From the NCBI GenBank assembly GCA_041484665.1, contig JBGPIA010000003.1:160001-224000 (forward strand): a stretch of 64,000 bases of DNA. The letters run 5' to 3'. Origin of the DNA: Candidatus Krumholzibacteriia bacterium (GTDB lineage: Bacteria > Krumholzibacteriota > Krumholzibacteriia > JAJRXK01). A program made the position numbers and the translations under genes. Shown here piece after piece: positions 1-9,119 of this stretch; position 1 is the stretch's first letter, and the number at the start of each line of letters is the position of its first letter. Under the pieces are notes generated by a model that was not told where the DNA came from, made no database searches, and saw only the letters and a list, made by a program, of their open reading frames with translations.

Positions 1-1
1 G

Positions 2-931
2 GGCCTGGCCGCTGGTCTGCTGGCCAAGGGTCACCTGGTGCTCTTCTGGACGATCTCCGCGCTGCTGGTGTGGGCGGGCTGGCAGCGGCGGTGGCGCGCG
101 GCCGGCGTGCTTGGCCATCCGCACGCGCTGGTGCTGGGGCTCGGGGCCGGGCTGCCGTGCTATGTGATCGAGGCGCTGCGCCACCCACAGCTCGTGCGAT
201 TCTGGCTGGGACGCGAGACCGCCGGACGATACCTGAGCGGCGTCCATGGCCGCCACGAGCCGTGGTGGTACTTCGCCGCAATCCTGCCCGCGATGGTGCT
301 GCCGTGGTTGCCGGAGATCGTGCGGGGCGCAGCGCGCGCGCTGCGCCGGGAAGCCACCGAGGCCGCCGCACAGGCCAGGCTGTGGGTGCTGTGGGCCGGT
401 CTTCCGCTGGTGCTGTTCAGCGTCAGCGGCTCGAAGCGCTCCAACTACCTGATCCCGCTCCTCGCACCGCTGGCATTGCTGGCCGCCTCCGCGCTCCCGG
501 CGCAGGCGTCGCGCCACCTGGGGATCCGCACGGGCGTGTGGTCGCTGGTGGTGCTGCTCTCGCCGTTCGTGCTGGGCGCGGTGCCCGGCCTCGCGCCTGC
601 GACGCGCGAGCTCGCGACGGCTGCGCGGCGGACGGGCGGGCAGCTCGTGGCGTACCACGAGCTGCCCACCAGCCTGCCCTTCTATTACGGCGCCAACGTC
701 GCGGCGGTGTTCACCGCCGTCGATGAGACACTCGATGACGCGCAGACATGCGCGCGCTGGCGGCCGCCACGCCCAGACGCTGTCGCGCCCGTGCTCGCCC
801 ATGGAGGGCTGGTCCTCGCTCGCACGGAAGACTGGCCCGTGCTGTCGAAGCTGGCAGGTGTGACGCTCACGCCGGTGGCGAGCGGCGGCGGGCGCGTGCT
901 GCTGCACGCGCCGGGCGCCGCGCGGCCGTGA
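2..931 (+). CDS. ArnT/PMT-like (GT-C, GT39/83) membrane glycosyltransferase, C-terminal part (5' truncated by window)
   Basis: Open frame from window edge (GLAAGLLAKGH...). ArnT-type motifs 'LAKG', 'HEPWWYF', 'LFSVSGSKRSNYLIP', and a C-terminal 'SLPFYY' domain. Confidence 0.8.
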   Translation, partial: GLAAGLLAKGHLVLFWTISALLVWAGWQRRWRAAGVLGHPHALVLGLGAGLPCYVIEALRHPQLVRFWLGRETAGRYLSGVHGRHEPWWYFAAILPAMVLPWLPEIVRGAARALRREATEAAAQARLWVLWAGLPLVLFSVSGSKRSNYLIPLLAPLALLAASALPAQASRHLGIRTGVWSLVVLLSPFVLGAVPGLAPATRELATAARRTGGQLVAYHELPTSLPFYYGANVAAVFTAVDETLDDAQTCARWRPPRPDAVAPVLAHGGLVLARTEDWPVLSKLAGVTLTPVASGGGRVLLHAPGAARP

Positions 932-1050
932 GCTGAACGGTATATCCCTGAAGCGGTTGAGGCGCCCGCGAGGGAGACGAGGCGTCCCCCGGGCGAACGG
1001 TCCGCCGCCGCTAGGCCGAGCGCGGGAGCCCCAGCCGCGGCATCGAGCCG

Positions 1051-1284
1051 CTACTTCTTCTTCGCGCGCGAGTCGAGCAGGCGGAGGATCTCCCCGTCCT
1101 CCGGGAAGCGGTCGAGCTGCTTCTTCGAGAAGATGAGCTTGCCGTCAGCGTCGACCTCGAACACTCCCCCGCTGCTCTCGATCAGCGTCACGTCCTGCCC
1201 GGTGTGCTGCTTGATCTCGGCGGCCAGACCGGTCGCCCGGGGCAGGTAGTTTCAGACACCGCAGTAGGTGATCGCGATCTTCAT
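1051..1284 (-). CDS. SelW/SelT/SelH (Rdx) family selenoprotein, 77 aa, Sec at codon 11
   Basis: Manual translation MKIAITYCGV-U(TGA 1254-1252)-NYLPRATGLAAEIKQHTGQDVTLIESSGGVFEVDADGKLIFSKKQLDRFPEDGEILRLLDSRAKKK*. Rdx motifs CxxU, GxFEV, 'IFSKK..RFP'. Purine-rich RBS upstream. Confidence 0.93.
1216..1241 (-). promoter_or_regulatory. Bacterial SECIS-like hairpin
   Basis: mRNA after UGA: AACUACCUGCCCCG-GGCGACC-GGUCU-GGCCGCC-GAG. Stem with a GGUCU apical loop 21 nt after the UGA, resembling the E. coli fdhF SECIS loop (GGUCUG). Confidence 0.75.
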
Positions 1285-1318
1285 GGTCCACTTCCCTTCT
1301 TGGGATCGTCAGCAGACG

Positions 1319-2011
1319 CTAGGGCAAGCGCGCGGGCGGTGCAAGCATCACGGGCTGCCACGGCTTCCCCTCCCGCAGGGGCTGGCCGTCACGCACCTGC
1401 AGCTCGCCCTTGGCCAGCCACTGCAACACCGTCGGGTAAAGCTCGCATTCTGCCACGAACACCCGGTCCGCCAGGGTGCGCGTTGAGTCACCCGGGAGCA
1501 CGGGCACCTGCACCTGCGCCAGGATCGGCCCGTGGTCGTAGCGGCGATCCACCAGATGCACCGTCGCCCCGGAGACGCGGTCGCCGGATGCGAGCACTGC
1601 GGCGTGCACGCGATCGCCGTAGCATCCCTTGCCGCCGTGGGCCGGCAGCAGGGCCGGGTGGATGTTCAGCACGGACAGGTCGCCCACCGCGGTCAGGTCG
1701 AGCAGCGACAGGTAGCCGCAAAGGACGATGACCTGGGCGCCGCAGGTGCGCGCCCATTGCAGCATGGCGCGATCGCGCTCGGCGCGCGACGGATGCTCCC
1801 CGCCCGGAAACGCGCGCGTCGCGACGCCGGCGTCGCGCGCGATGTCCAGCCCCAGGACGCCGTCGCGGTCACTGGCCGCGGCGACCACGCTCGCAGACAG
1901 GCGCCCCTCGCGGATGCACAGGAGCAGATTCGCGAGCGTGCGGCCCGTGCCGCTGAGCAGCACCGCGAGCGGCAGCACTCGTGCGGTCGGCCGTCGCTCA
2001 TCCCGACTCAC
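1319..2011 (-). CDS. purN: Phosphoribosylglycinamide formyltransferase
   Basis: Motifs 'AVLLSGTG', 'LNIHPALLPAHGG.G.YG..VH', 'SGATVHLV..YDHGPI'. GTG start overlaps the upstream stop (GTGA). Confidence 0.93.
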   Translation of the reverse strand: MSRDERRPTARVLPLAVLLSGTGRTLANLLLCIREGRLSASVVAAASDRDGVLGLDIARDAGVATRAFPGGEHPSRAERDRAMLQWARTCGAQVIVLCGYLSLLDLTAVGDLSVLNIHPALLPAHGGKGCYGDRVHAAVLASGDRVSGATVHLVDRRYDHGPILAQVQVPVLPGDSTRTLADRVFVAECELYPTVLQWLAKGELQVRDGQPLREGKPWQPVMLAPPARLP

Positions 2012-4101
2012 GGCAACAGCTCCATGCGCCACGCCCCACTGCGATCGAGCACCGCCACGACCTCCAGCTTTTCGGGGTCCGACCAGGCGAGGCCTTCGAC
2101 CCAGCGCGCGGCAAGGTCCACCTCGAGCTCGGCCCACGACCGCCCCGCATCGCGGCTGAGGAAGAGCATGGCCGGCGCACCCGCGGTTCCTCGGCACCCA
2201 GCCAGCACCCACCCCGAGCGCGTGGGATGCGGGGCGAGCACGTAGACGTCGCCGTTGCCCAGACCCTGGCCGGACGGGTGCCAGTCGCCGGTGCGCGCAT
2301 CGTCACGGTAGACTCCGAAGCCGGTCGCGGCGAGCAGCGCGCCGTCGGGCAGCGCGGCCAGATCGCGCACGTCCACGATCGTCGTCACCGCCTGCGTCGG
2401 CGGAGCGATGCAGCAGGTGTCCAGAGGCAGCCCGCCACGCAGCGCGTCGGGCAGGCCGCGGTCGTGCTGCTCCCAGGTGTCCGTGGCCGCTTCCAGCGCG
2501 TACACCCCTCCGCGGAAGGCGCCCATCCAGATCTGGGTGCCGACGAACACGAAGCGACGGATCTGTGTTGCGCCGGAGAGGCCATGCTCGCTCTCGAGCA
2601 CGCCGGGATAACCCAGGCCGCCGTGCACCCGCGACCAGCTCCGCCCGCTGTCGGTGCTGCGGTAGACTCCGTTTCCGTCCGCACCCCCCAGCCAAAGCCG
2701 CTCCGGATGGCCCGGCTCCTGCGCCAGCGCACTGACCTGGAATGGTTGCCCAGGATTGGCGTAATCGTCCAGCCCGGCACTGCGCGGGTCCCAGGGCTCG
2801 CCGACCAATCCCGGATGCCACTGCGCGCCAAAGGCGCCCCAGAAGACGCCGCTGGCGTCGCCGCGGTCCGGCAGCACGACGGTCAAGAACGACGCCAGCT
2901 GCGGCGTATCGAGGAAGTCGGGATGCGCATCAGCGGCATCCCCGCGATACACCTCTCCACCCACGCGGCCCAGCACCACCACCCCCTCCGCGCGCGGGTC
3001 CGCCGCGGCGCTCCCGAAGTCCAGGATGCCGCCGGCGAATGGGACGGGCGTGACTCCCGCCGCAAAGACGCGCTCGAGCTCGCCGGACACCGACACGACG
3101 TAGCCACCACCCTCCACGGCGACGGGCCCCTCAACACCGCCGACGCCTGCTGAAGCTGCAACGGACGTGGGGCTCGGGCCCGGTAGCATCCCGGCGAACG
3201 CAGAGCCGTCGTCGACCTGCGCGACGTAATCCACGACGGCGCCGCGCGCACGGACATCCGCGCGCTCGAACCGGCTCCCGCTGGGCGCGAGCACGCTTGC
3301 GCCCGGCCCGACGATGCGCGCCGGGGTCGCGTAGCTGAGCGCGCCATCGGGAAGCAGCGCCACACTCAGCACCGGCCCCTCCGGCGAAGCTCCAGAAGCG
3401 GTGAAGGTCGACCCACCGTCGATGCTCCGCCAGAATTGCCAGCCACCTGGCGTCTGCACGGCCAGCGCTACGCGCCCCTGGCCATCGGCCGCCAGCGGAC
3501 CGAACGCCTGCGGCGCGGCGGGGAGGCTCGCGGGCGTCCAGCTGTCGGTCTCCTGGGCGCGCACGAAGAGCGCGGTTCCCTGGACGACGGCCAGCGCTCC
3601 GAACGGGTGTGCGGGGCTGCGGGGCAGCGCCGCGATCCGATCGACGCCCGCCACCGTCGCCGGCCGTGCCACCTGCCGGAACGATCGTCCCCGGTCGTAG
3701 CTCACGTGGAGCGCGTCCTCGACCAAGCGCGATTGCACGATCCAGATGCTTCCGGTGACGTCGCCGTCGATGGCCACGATCGCCTGCAGCGACGCGTCGG
3801 GAGGTCCGGGCCGCCACGCGAGATCGGCCCCGCTCTGCACCACCCGGTACGCGCCGCGGTCGGTCCCCACCCACAGCAGGTCCGCCCGTCCGCGCAGCGC
3901 CGTGATGGCGCGCACGGCGGTGGGTCCGGCAAAGCCCTGCGCCACCACCCGTGCGGCCGGCGCCACGCCCGCTGGGGGTGTCCCGAAGTTCTCGCTGCAG
4001 CCGAAGCACCACAGCGCGCTCAACAGCATCGCGATCCGCCCCCTGCGGTTGGACGGGATGGCCGGGGCGACGAGCGGCGTCCAGAGTGCGGAAACGTCCA
4101 T
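2008..4101 (-). CDS. Putative lipoprotein with BNR/Asp-box beta-propeller repeats
   Basis: Lipobox-like 'RRGRIAMLLSALWCFG-C'. Repeated S-x-D-x-G-x-S/T-F/W boxes (SYDRGRSF, SIDGGSTF, STDSGRSW, SRDAGRSW). Start uncertain. Confidence 0.7.
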   Translation of the reverse strand: MDVSALWTPLVAPAIPSNRRGRIAMLLSALWCFGCSENFGTPPAGVAPAARVVAQGFAGPTAVRAITALRGRADLLWVGTDRGAYRVVQSGADLAWRPGPPDASLQAIVAIDGDVTGSIWIVQSRLVEDALHVSYDRGRSFRQVARPATVAGVDRIAALPRSPAHPFGALAVVQGTALFVRAQETDSWTPASLPAAPQAFGPLAADGQGRVALAVQTPGGWQFWRSIDGGSTFTASGASPEGPVLSVALLPDGALSYATPARIVGPGASVLAPSGSRFERADVRARGAVVDYVAQVDDGSAFAGMLPGPSPTSVAASAGVGGVEGPVAVEGGGYVVSVSGELERVFAAGVTPVPFAGGILDFGSAAADPRAEGVVVLGRVGGEVYRGDAADAHPDFLDTPQLASFLTVVLPDRGDASGVFWGAFGAQWHPGLVGEPWDPRSAGLDDYANPGQPFQVSALAQEPGHPERLWLGGADGNGVYRSTDSGRSWSRVHGGLGYPGVLESEHGLSGATQIRRFVFVGTQIWMGAFRGGVYALEAATDTWEQHDRGLPDALRGGLPLDTCCIAPPTQAVTTIVDVRDLAALPDGALLAATGFGVYRDDARTGDWHPSGQGLGNGDVYVLAPHPTRSGWVLAGCRGTAGAPAMLFLSRDAGRSWAELEVDLAARWVEGLAWSDPEKLEVVAVLDRSGAWRMELLP

Positions 4102-4250
4102 GGTGGCCAGGCCGGGGAAGACGGTCAGGGCGCGGCTCCAGGGTTGGGGGGACGCAAGCACGGTCCGGCGCCGGCTCCACAGCCGGGAATCGCCTCCACG
4201 GCCTGGCTGCGCCCGACGCTCCGGGAGCGGCTCCACGACCCGGGATCGCG

Positions 4251-5831
4251 TCAGCCGGGCCGGCGCCCGACCGCCAACAAGAACGCAAAGTTGACGGCGA
4301 TCAGCACGAACAGCGGCCCATCCCCGTGGCGCGTGTAGGGCGAGCCGGCCGCGGCAGGCGTGATCGTGCGCACGGCGATCGTGCGTTCGAACAAGCGCGT
4401 GCGGTCTACGATCCTCCCCGAGGGAAGCGCGAAGAAGCTGATCCCGTTGTTGGCGACGCGCACGAGCGGCACCCGGTTTTCCGCCGCGCGCATGGCCGCC
4501 ATGAGAGCGTGCTGGTAGGGAGCCAGCGTCCGCCCGAACCAGCCGTCGTTGCTCATATTGACCAGGAAGCCGGCGCCGCGCTGCACCGCCAGGCGGCTCA
4601 GCGGTGGGAAGATCGACTCGAAGCAGATCAGGTTGGAGAAGCGATCACCTTCGACGTCGAAGACGGTCATTTCGGGACCCACGGCCCACTCCGCCTGCCC
4701 CATGTCCCATTTGGCCAGCGCCGGGATCCAACGCTGGAACGGCATGCGCTCGCCCAACGGAAGCAGGTGGATCTTGTGGTAATGCCCGCGCACGGCGCCC
4801 GTATCGTCCATCAGGAGCGAGCTGTTGAACGCCAGCAGCTGCCCCTCCTTGGTCACCTCGCGCTGGGGGAGTCCGATGAGTAGCCAGGTCCCCGTACGCC
4901 GCGCGAGCTCCTGGACTTGCTGCAGGTATGCGGGCATCCGCAGCAGATCGAAAGGAATCGTCGTCTCCGGCCAGACCACCAGCCGCGCCCCCTCGCGGGC
5001 CGCCCGCTCGGTCAGGAGCGTGAACGGTACGAACGTCGAGTCGCGCTTGGCCGGGTCCCACTTGTCGTTGAGGTCCACGTTGCCCTGGATCACCGCGACG
5101 CGCAGCCCGGTGGTCTGCGGATCGGCGCGCTCGAGCGCGTGCATGGTGATCACACCGTACAGCGAGGCACCGCCCAGCAGGACCAGCAGCGACACGATTC
5201 CCCAGTAGCGGTGCAGCGTCGCCCGTCCCAGCGTCGGGTACTCCCCGCGCCACGAGAGCCAGATGACGACCGCGAGCACATTCACCCACGCAACCACGAA
5301 GGTCACGCCCAACTCCCCCAGTAACCCAGCCACCTGCAACAGGGGCACGAAGCGCCACTGGGTGGTCGCCAGCCGCAGCCAGGGGAAGCCCAACTCGCCT
5401 TTGGCCATGAGCCACTCACCGCACACCCACAGCCCCGGGAACCAGAAGATGGCCTGGGCGCCGTAGCGGTTGCGCAGCCGGCGAGCGATCCAGAGCGGCA
5501 GGGCATCGAAGATCGTGAGGTACAGGGTGAGCAGCAGCAGGCAGATCGGCAGCAGCCAGCGGTAACGGAACGTGGCCGCGTCGCCCAGCAGCACCAGCCA
5601 GTATAGCGTAGTGATGTGGTGCGTCAGCCCGAACGAGAGGATCATCGCACGCAGGCGAACCGGCTCCCCGGAGCGCACGCGCTCGGGAGAGAACAGCACG
5701 AGCAGCAGCGGCGCCAGCGCCACGAAGCCGAGCACGCCCAGCGGCGAGGGCGGTGACGCAAGGGTGAACAGCAGGCCGCTGGTGACGCCCGCAATGAGCT
5801 CGGGGGTGGAGAGGAGTCGACGCAGGCGCAT
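4251..5831 (-). CDS. lnt: Apolipoprotein N-acyltransferase
   Basis: Multi-TM N-terminus, 'LGFPW', 'IQGNV', nitrilase triad motifs 'WPET', 'YHKIHLLPLGE', 'ICFESIFP', and 'SNDGWFG'. Confidence 0.95.
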   Translation of the reverse strand: MRLRRLLSTPELIAGVTSGLLFTLASPPSPLGVLGFVALAPLLLVLFSPERVRSGEPVRLRAMILSFGLTHHITTLYWLVLLGDAATFRYRWLLPICLLLLTLYLTIFDALPLWIARRLRNRYGAQAIFWFPGLWVCGEWLMAKGELGFPWLRLATTQWRFVPLLQVAGLLGELGVTFVVAWVNVLAVVIWLSWRGEYPTLGRATLHRYWGIVSLLVLLGGASLYGVITMHALERADPQTTGLRVAVIQGNVDLNDKWDPAKRDSTFVPFTLLTERAAREGARLVVWPETTIPFDLLRMPAYLQQVQELARRTGTWLLIGLPQREVTKEGQLLAFNSSLLMDDTGAVRGHYHKIHLLPLGERMPFQRWIPALAKWDMGQAEWAVGPEMTVFDVEGDRFSNLICFESIFPPLSRLAVQRGAGFLVNMSNDGWFGRTLAPYQHALMAAMRAAENRVPLVRVANNGISFFALPSGRIVDRTRLFERTIAVRTITPAAAGSPYTRHGDGPLFVLIAVNFAFLLAVGRRPG

Positions 5832-5928
5832 GCTCAAAAGGCGATGGGTCCGGCTTGGTGCCGAGCGCCGTGGCAAGTCCGGCGCGTCCGGCCACGGGCC
5901 GTTGCGCGGGCGCCCGACAGGAGGGCCG

Positions 5929-5957
5929 ACTATAGGGAGCGGTTACCGTCCTGTCGA
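5929..5957 (-). promoter_or_regulatory. sigma70-type promoter for lnt
   Basis: Minus strand TCGACA-N17-TATAGT. Confidence 0.55.
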
Positions 5958-7639
5958 GCGTGGAGGTTGTGCCGTCGCAGCATCTTGTAGAGACCCTGAC
6001 GGCTCAGCCCCAACGCTTTGGCAGCCGCAGTCTTGTTGCCCTCGGTGCAACGCAGCGCGCGCCGGATCATGATCGCCTCGACGACCTGGTAGGCCGTCCC
6101 CAGCGGCAGCAGTTGCTGCAGCTGGCCCTGCGCGTCCGCACCCTCGCCGTCGCGCAGCGCCTCGGACAGCATGTCGGCGCGCAGCGCTTCACAGCTCCCG
6201 AACAGCCCCGCCAGACGCGCGGCCTCCGCGCGGAGTTGCGCCAGGTTGCCCGGCCAGCCACAGCGTGCGAGCAGCGCTGCCGCCGCTGGCTCGATGACCG
6301 ACAGAGCGGCGGGCGCTCCGCTGGCCGTTCGCACCAGCTCGCCCAGCAGCGCGGGGACGTCCGCGGCGCGGGCACGCAGCGGGGGCAGCAGCAGGGTGCA
6401 CGGAGCCAGGTGCCAGTAGAGATCCTCGAGGAATCGCCCCCGCCGCGCGTCGAGGCGCAGATTGCGGCGGCTGGATGCGAGTACGCGCACGTCGACGCCG
6501 CGCCGTACGTGTTCGTTCACGCGGGTCACCTCGGCGCATCGCAGTGCCTGCAGCAGGCGCTCCTGCAGCATCCGCGGCAGCTCGCCGACGTCCTCCAGCA
6601 TCAGCGAACCGCCGTGGGCTTGCTCCAGCGCGCCGGCCCATCCCGCGTCGGTGCGCCTGCCGCGGGTGGCCACGCCGAACAGCTCGCGCTCCAGGCGCCG
6701 TCTCGAGATGCCGGCGCAGCCGAGCACGACGAATGGCCCCGCGCGCCGGGGGCTGTGGGCGTGGAGCCAGCGCGCCAGCTCTACGGGTTCCGATCCGCTC
6801 TCAGCCTGCAGCAGCAGCGGCTCGTCGGAAGCGGCGGCCCGTCGGGCTCGCTGCCGAAGCTCCTGCGCTAGTGCAGACGGGCCGAGCAGCAGCAGGGGTG
6901 CATCGCCAGGGGCAGGCTCGGCCGGCCGGCGCGGACGCGAGGCCGCGCGGCGGCGCCCGGCAGGTGCCCGCGACTGCGCCAGGGCCGGCGCATCGTGCGC
7001 GCGCACGTTGCGGTCGGCGGGGGCGGCCGCTGTGCGCTGCGCGGACGCGGGCCCCTGCGCGGGGTGCGGAAGCAGGAGCCACTGCGGCGGCGCCAGTGCC
7101 CTGGCCAGCGCCTCCATCCCCTGCTCGGCCACGCGCAGGCGGCCTTCGCCGGGCTCACGGCCCGCAACGAACAGCGCGAGGAAGAGCACGCAGGGCAGGC
7201 GGTCGTTGGGCAGCGCCCAACCGCGCAGCACCGCGGCATCCTGGGCGCGCAGCCACGCCGCCAGCGCATGCGGGCCGTTCGCGGAGAGCTCGACGTGCCG
7301 TCCCTCGTCGATGAGGAGTTTGAAACCCGCCAGCGGCAGCGCGTCCTCGACAGGCCAAAGCGGGCCGGACTCTGCGACGGCGGCCAGGACCGCGAACGGT
7401 TGGGGCGACGGTCCGGGGAGGGCCAGCCGGCGGGCGAGACCCAGACGAGCAGCGCCGAGCGCCGCACGCAGACACTGCAGCCGCGTGTGGAGAAGTTCCG
7501 GATCCGGCTCGCGAAGCGGAGGCGCAGAGCGTGGGGCGTTGGTCACGGGCGATCCCCCTGGGCAGGCAGATGCGCGGAAGCCGCCGGCTAGAAGAGCAAG
7601 GGCGGTGCCGCCAAGCGGCTTTTGCCGCGACTGATGCAA
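5930..7639 (-). CDS. NtrC/Fis-family sigma54-activator-like protein with degenerate AAA+ domain
   Basis: bEBP scaffold recognisable (HSPRRAGPFV..C, ELFG, AHGGSL, VDVRV, LPPLRAR..D, WPGN) plus intact Fis HTH (GNKTAAAKALGLSRQGLYKML). Start uncertain. Confidence 0.8.
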   Translation of the reverse strand: MHQSRQKPLGGTALALLAGGFRASACPGGSPVTNAPRSAPPLREPDPELLHTRLQCLRAALGAARLGLARRLALPGPSPQPFAVLAAVAESGPLWPVEDALPLAGFKLLIDEGRHVELSANGPHALAAWLRAQDAAVLRGWALPNDRLPCVLFLALFVAGREPGEGRLRVAEQGMEALARALAPPQWLLLPHPAQGPASAQRTAAAPADRNVRAHDAPALAQSRAPAGRRRAASRPRRPAEPAPGDAPLLLLGPSALAQELRQRARRAAASDEPLLLQAESGSEPVELARWLHAHSPRRAGPFVVLGCAGISRRRLERELFGVATRGRRTDAGWAGALEQAHGGSLMLEDVGELPRMLQERLLQALRCAEVTRVNEHVRRGVDVRVLASSRRNLRLDARRGRFLEDLYWHLAPCTLLLPPLRARAADVPALLGELVRTASGAPAALSVIEPAAAALLARCGWPGNLAQLRAEAARLAGLFGSCEALRADMLSEALRDGEGADAQGQLQQLLPLGTAYQVVEAIMIRRALRCTEGNKTAAAKALGLSRQGLYKMLRRHNLHARQDGNRSL

Positions 7640-7922
7640 CTAGCGCAAGCACACGAGCCTCACCCGCGCTTGGAGCAGGTGCTGGCGCCCGCAGAGTGTC
7701 GCCGGGTGTCACCTCGGCCGGGCGGCGGCGTGCGACGATGCGCGGGTGCGCTGCTAAACCATTTCGTTGCAGCAGATCCGGCGCGCGCAGCGACATGCCC
7801 GGTGAGCAGGACACCCGGCGCGCACCGACGGCCCTACGGGAGGCATCGACCGGCCTCTCACCCGAGCAGCGCTGCGTGGCGTTTGCGGCTGGGCACCCAT
7901 GCAAACCCAGTGACGGCAACGC

Positions 7923-8942
7923 TCAGAGAACATCTCCCAGAAAACGGACAGGAGCACGGCCCGCGCGGGCGACGACCCGCCCGAGTGTGAAGGGCGGCTC
8001 CTCCAGAGTGGCGAGCACGGCCTTTGGGATCGGGGGCGCGACGACGACCATCCCCACGCCCAGGTTGAAGACCCGGCGCATCTCATCGACGGGGATCTGC
8101 CCGCGCTGGGCGATGAGCTGGAAGATCGGTGGGATCGTCCAGGCCAACGGATCGAGCTCGACCGCCGTGGCGTCGGGAAGCACGCGCGGAACGTTGTCCA
8201 CCAACCCGCCACCAGTAATGTGGGCGAGCGCCGCGATGCGGGCGCGCTGGCGCAGCGCAAGCACCGGCTGGAGGTAGCTGCGGTGCATGGCAAGCAGCGC
8301 GTCCGCGAGCGTGCCGCCCAGCCCGGCGGGCTCGGCATCGAGCGCAAGCGCGTCGGGTCCTTCGAGCAGGACCTTGCGCGCCAGGCTGTAGCCGTTGGTG
8401 TGCAGCCCGGTGGAGGTCCAGGCGTACACCTCCATGCCCACTTCCACGGTCTCTCCGGTCAGGAGGTCCTGCGGCTCGACCCGACCGACGATGCAGCCTG
8501 CCAGATCGAAGTCCTCGCCGTGGTAGACGCCGGGCATCTCGGCGGTCTCGCCGCCGATGAGCGCACAGGCATTCTCGCGGCAGGCCTTGGCCATGCCCTC
8601 GAGCACCGCGACAAAGCGGTCGCCATCCAGCCGTCCGGCCGCGAAGTAGTCCAGGAAGAAGAGCGGCGTCGCCCCTTGCACCAGGATGTCGTTGACGCAG
8701 TGGTTGACGAGGTCGGCACCCAGCCCGGCCAGACGGCCGGCGGCGAGGCCCACCTTGAGCTTGGTTCCGACGCCGTCGATCGAGCTTACGAGGTAGCTGC
8801 CGTCGGGCTGGCGGAACAGGCCGCCGAAGCTCCCAACGTCAGAGGCCACCTGCGGACCCCACGTGGAGGCGATCGCCTTCTTGGCGCGTTGGATGGCCGT
8901 CGTGGCCGCGTCGATGTCCACGCCGCTCTCACGGTACCGCAT
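7923..8942 (-). CDS. purM: Phosphoribosylformylglycinamidine cyclo-ligase (AIR synthetase)
   Basis: 'YRESGVDI', 'DGVGTKL', 'PLFFLDY', 'GGETAEMP', 'GLHTNGYSL', 'AHITGGG', 'FNLGVG'. Confidence 0.97.
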   Translation of the reverse strand: MRYRESGVDIDAATTAIQRAKKAIASTWGPQVASDVGSFGGLFRQPDGSYLVSSIDGVGTKLKVGLAAGRLAGLGADLVNHCVNDILVQGATPLFFLDYFAAGRLDGDRFVAVLEGMAKACRENACALIGGETAEMPGVYHGEDFDLAGCIVGRVEPQDLLTGETVEVGMEVYAWTSTGLHTNGYSLARKVLLEGPDALALDAEPAGLGGTLADALLAMHRSYLQPVLALRQRARIAALAHITGGGLVDNVPRVLPDATAVELDPLAWTIPPIFQLIAQRGQIPVDEMRRVFNLGVGMVVVAPPIPKAVLATLEEPPFTLGRVVARAGRAPVRFLGDVL

Positions 8943-8948
8943 GGCGGC

Positions 8949-8977
8949 ATCCTAGGGGGAGCCGCGAGCGATGTCAA
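8949..8977 (-). promoter_or_regulatory. sigma70 promoter, probably giving a leaderless purM mRNA
   Basis: TTGACA-N17-TAGGAT, then 6 nt (GCCGCC), then ATG; no SD. Confidence 0.75.
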
Positions 8978-9048
8978 AGCAGCGCGCGGCGCGGAGACGA
9001 CCTGCTGAAGGGACCGTGGGCGGGCGGAACGGGCAGATCGCCGCGCGA

Positions 9049-9119
9049 CCGAGCGGCGCGGTCGTTGAGCGGCCGCGGGCTGAGCGGTGGTCCCGCTGAG
9101 CCGGGAATCGGCTAAGCGG
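9049..9119. repeat. Five regularly spaced copies of an 8-bp motif (consensus CTGAGCGG), period 15-16 bp
   Basis: ccgagcgg 9049, ttgagcgg 9065, ctgagcgg 9080, ctgagccg 9096, ctaagcgg 9112. Confidence 0.6.

Noticed and set aside
1204..1731. Plus-strand ORFs covering the selenoprotein/purN region
   Set aside because: No motifs; the region is fully explained by the minus-strand Rdx and purN genes.
7645..7660. sigma54 promoter upstream of the pseudo-bEBP (AGGCTCGTGTGCTTGC)
   Set aside because: GG-to-GC spacing is 11 nt rather than the strictly required 10.
9049..9119. CRISPR mini-array
   Set aside because: Repeats (8 bp) and spacers (7-8 bp) are far too short, and there are no cas genes in the window.
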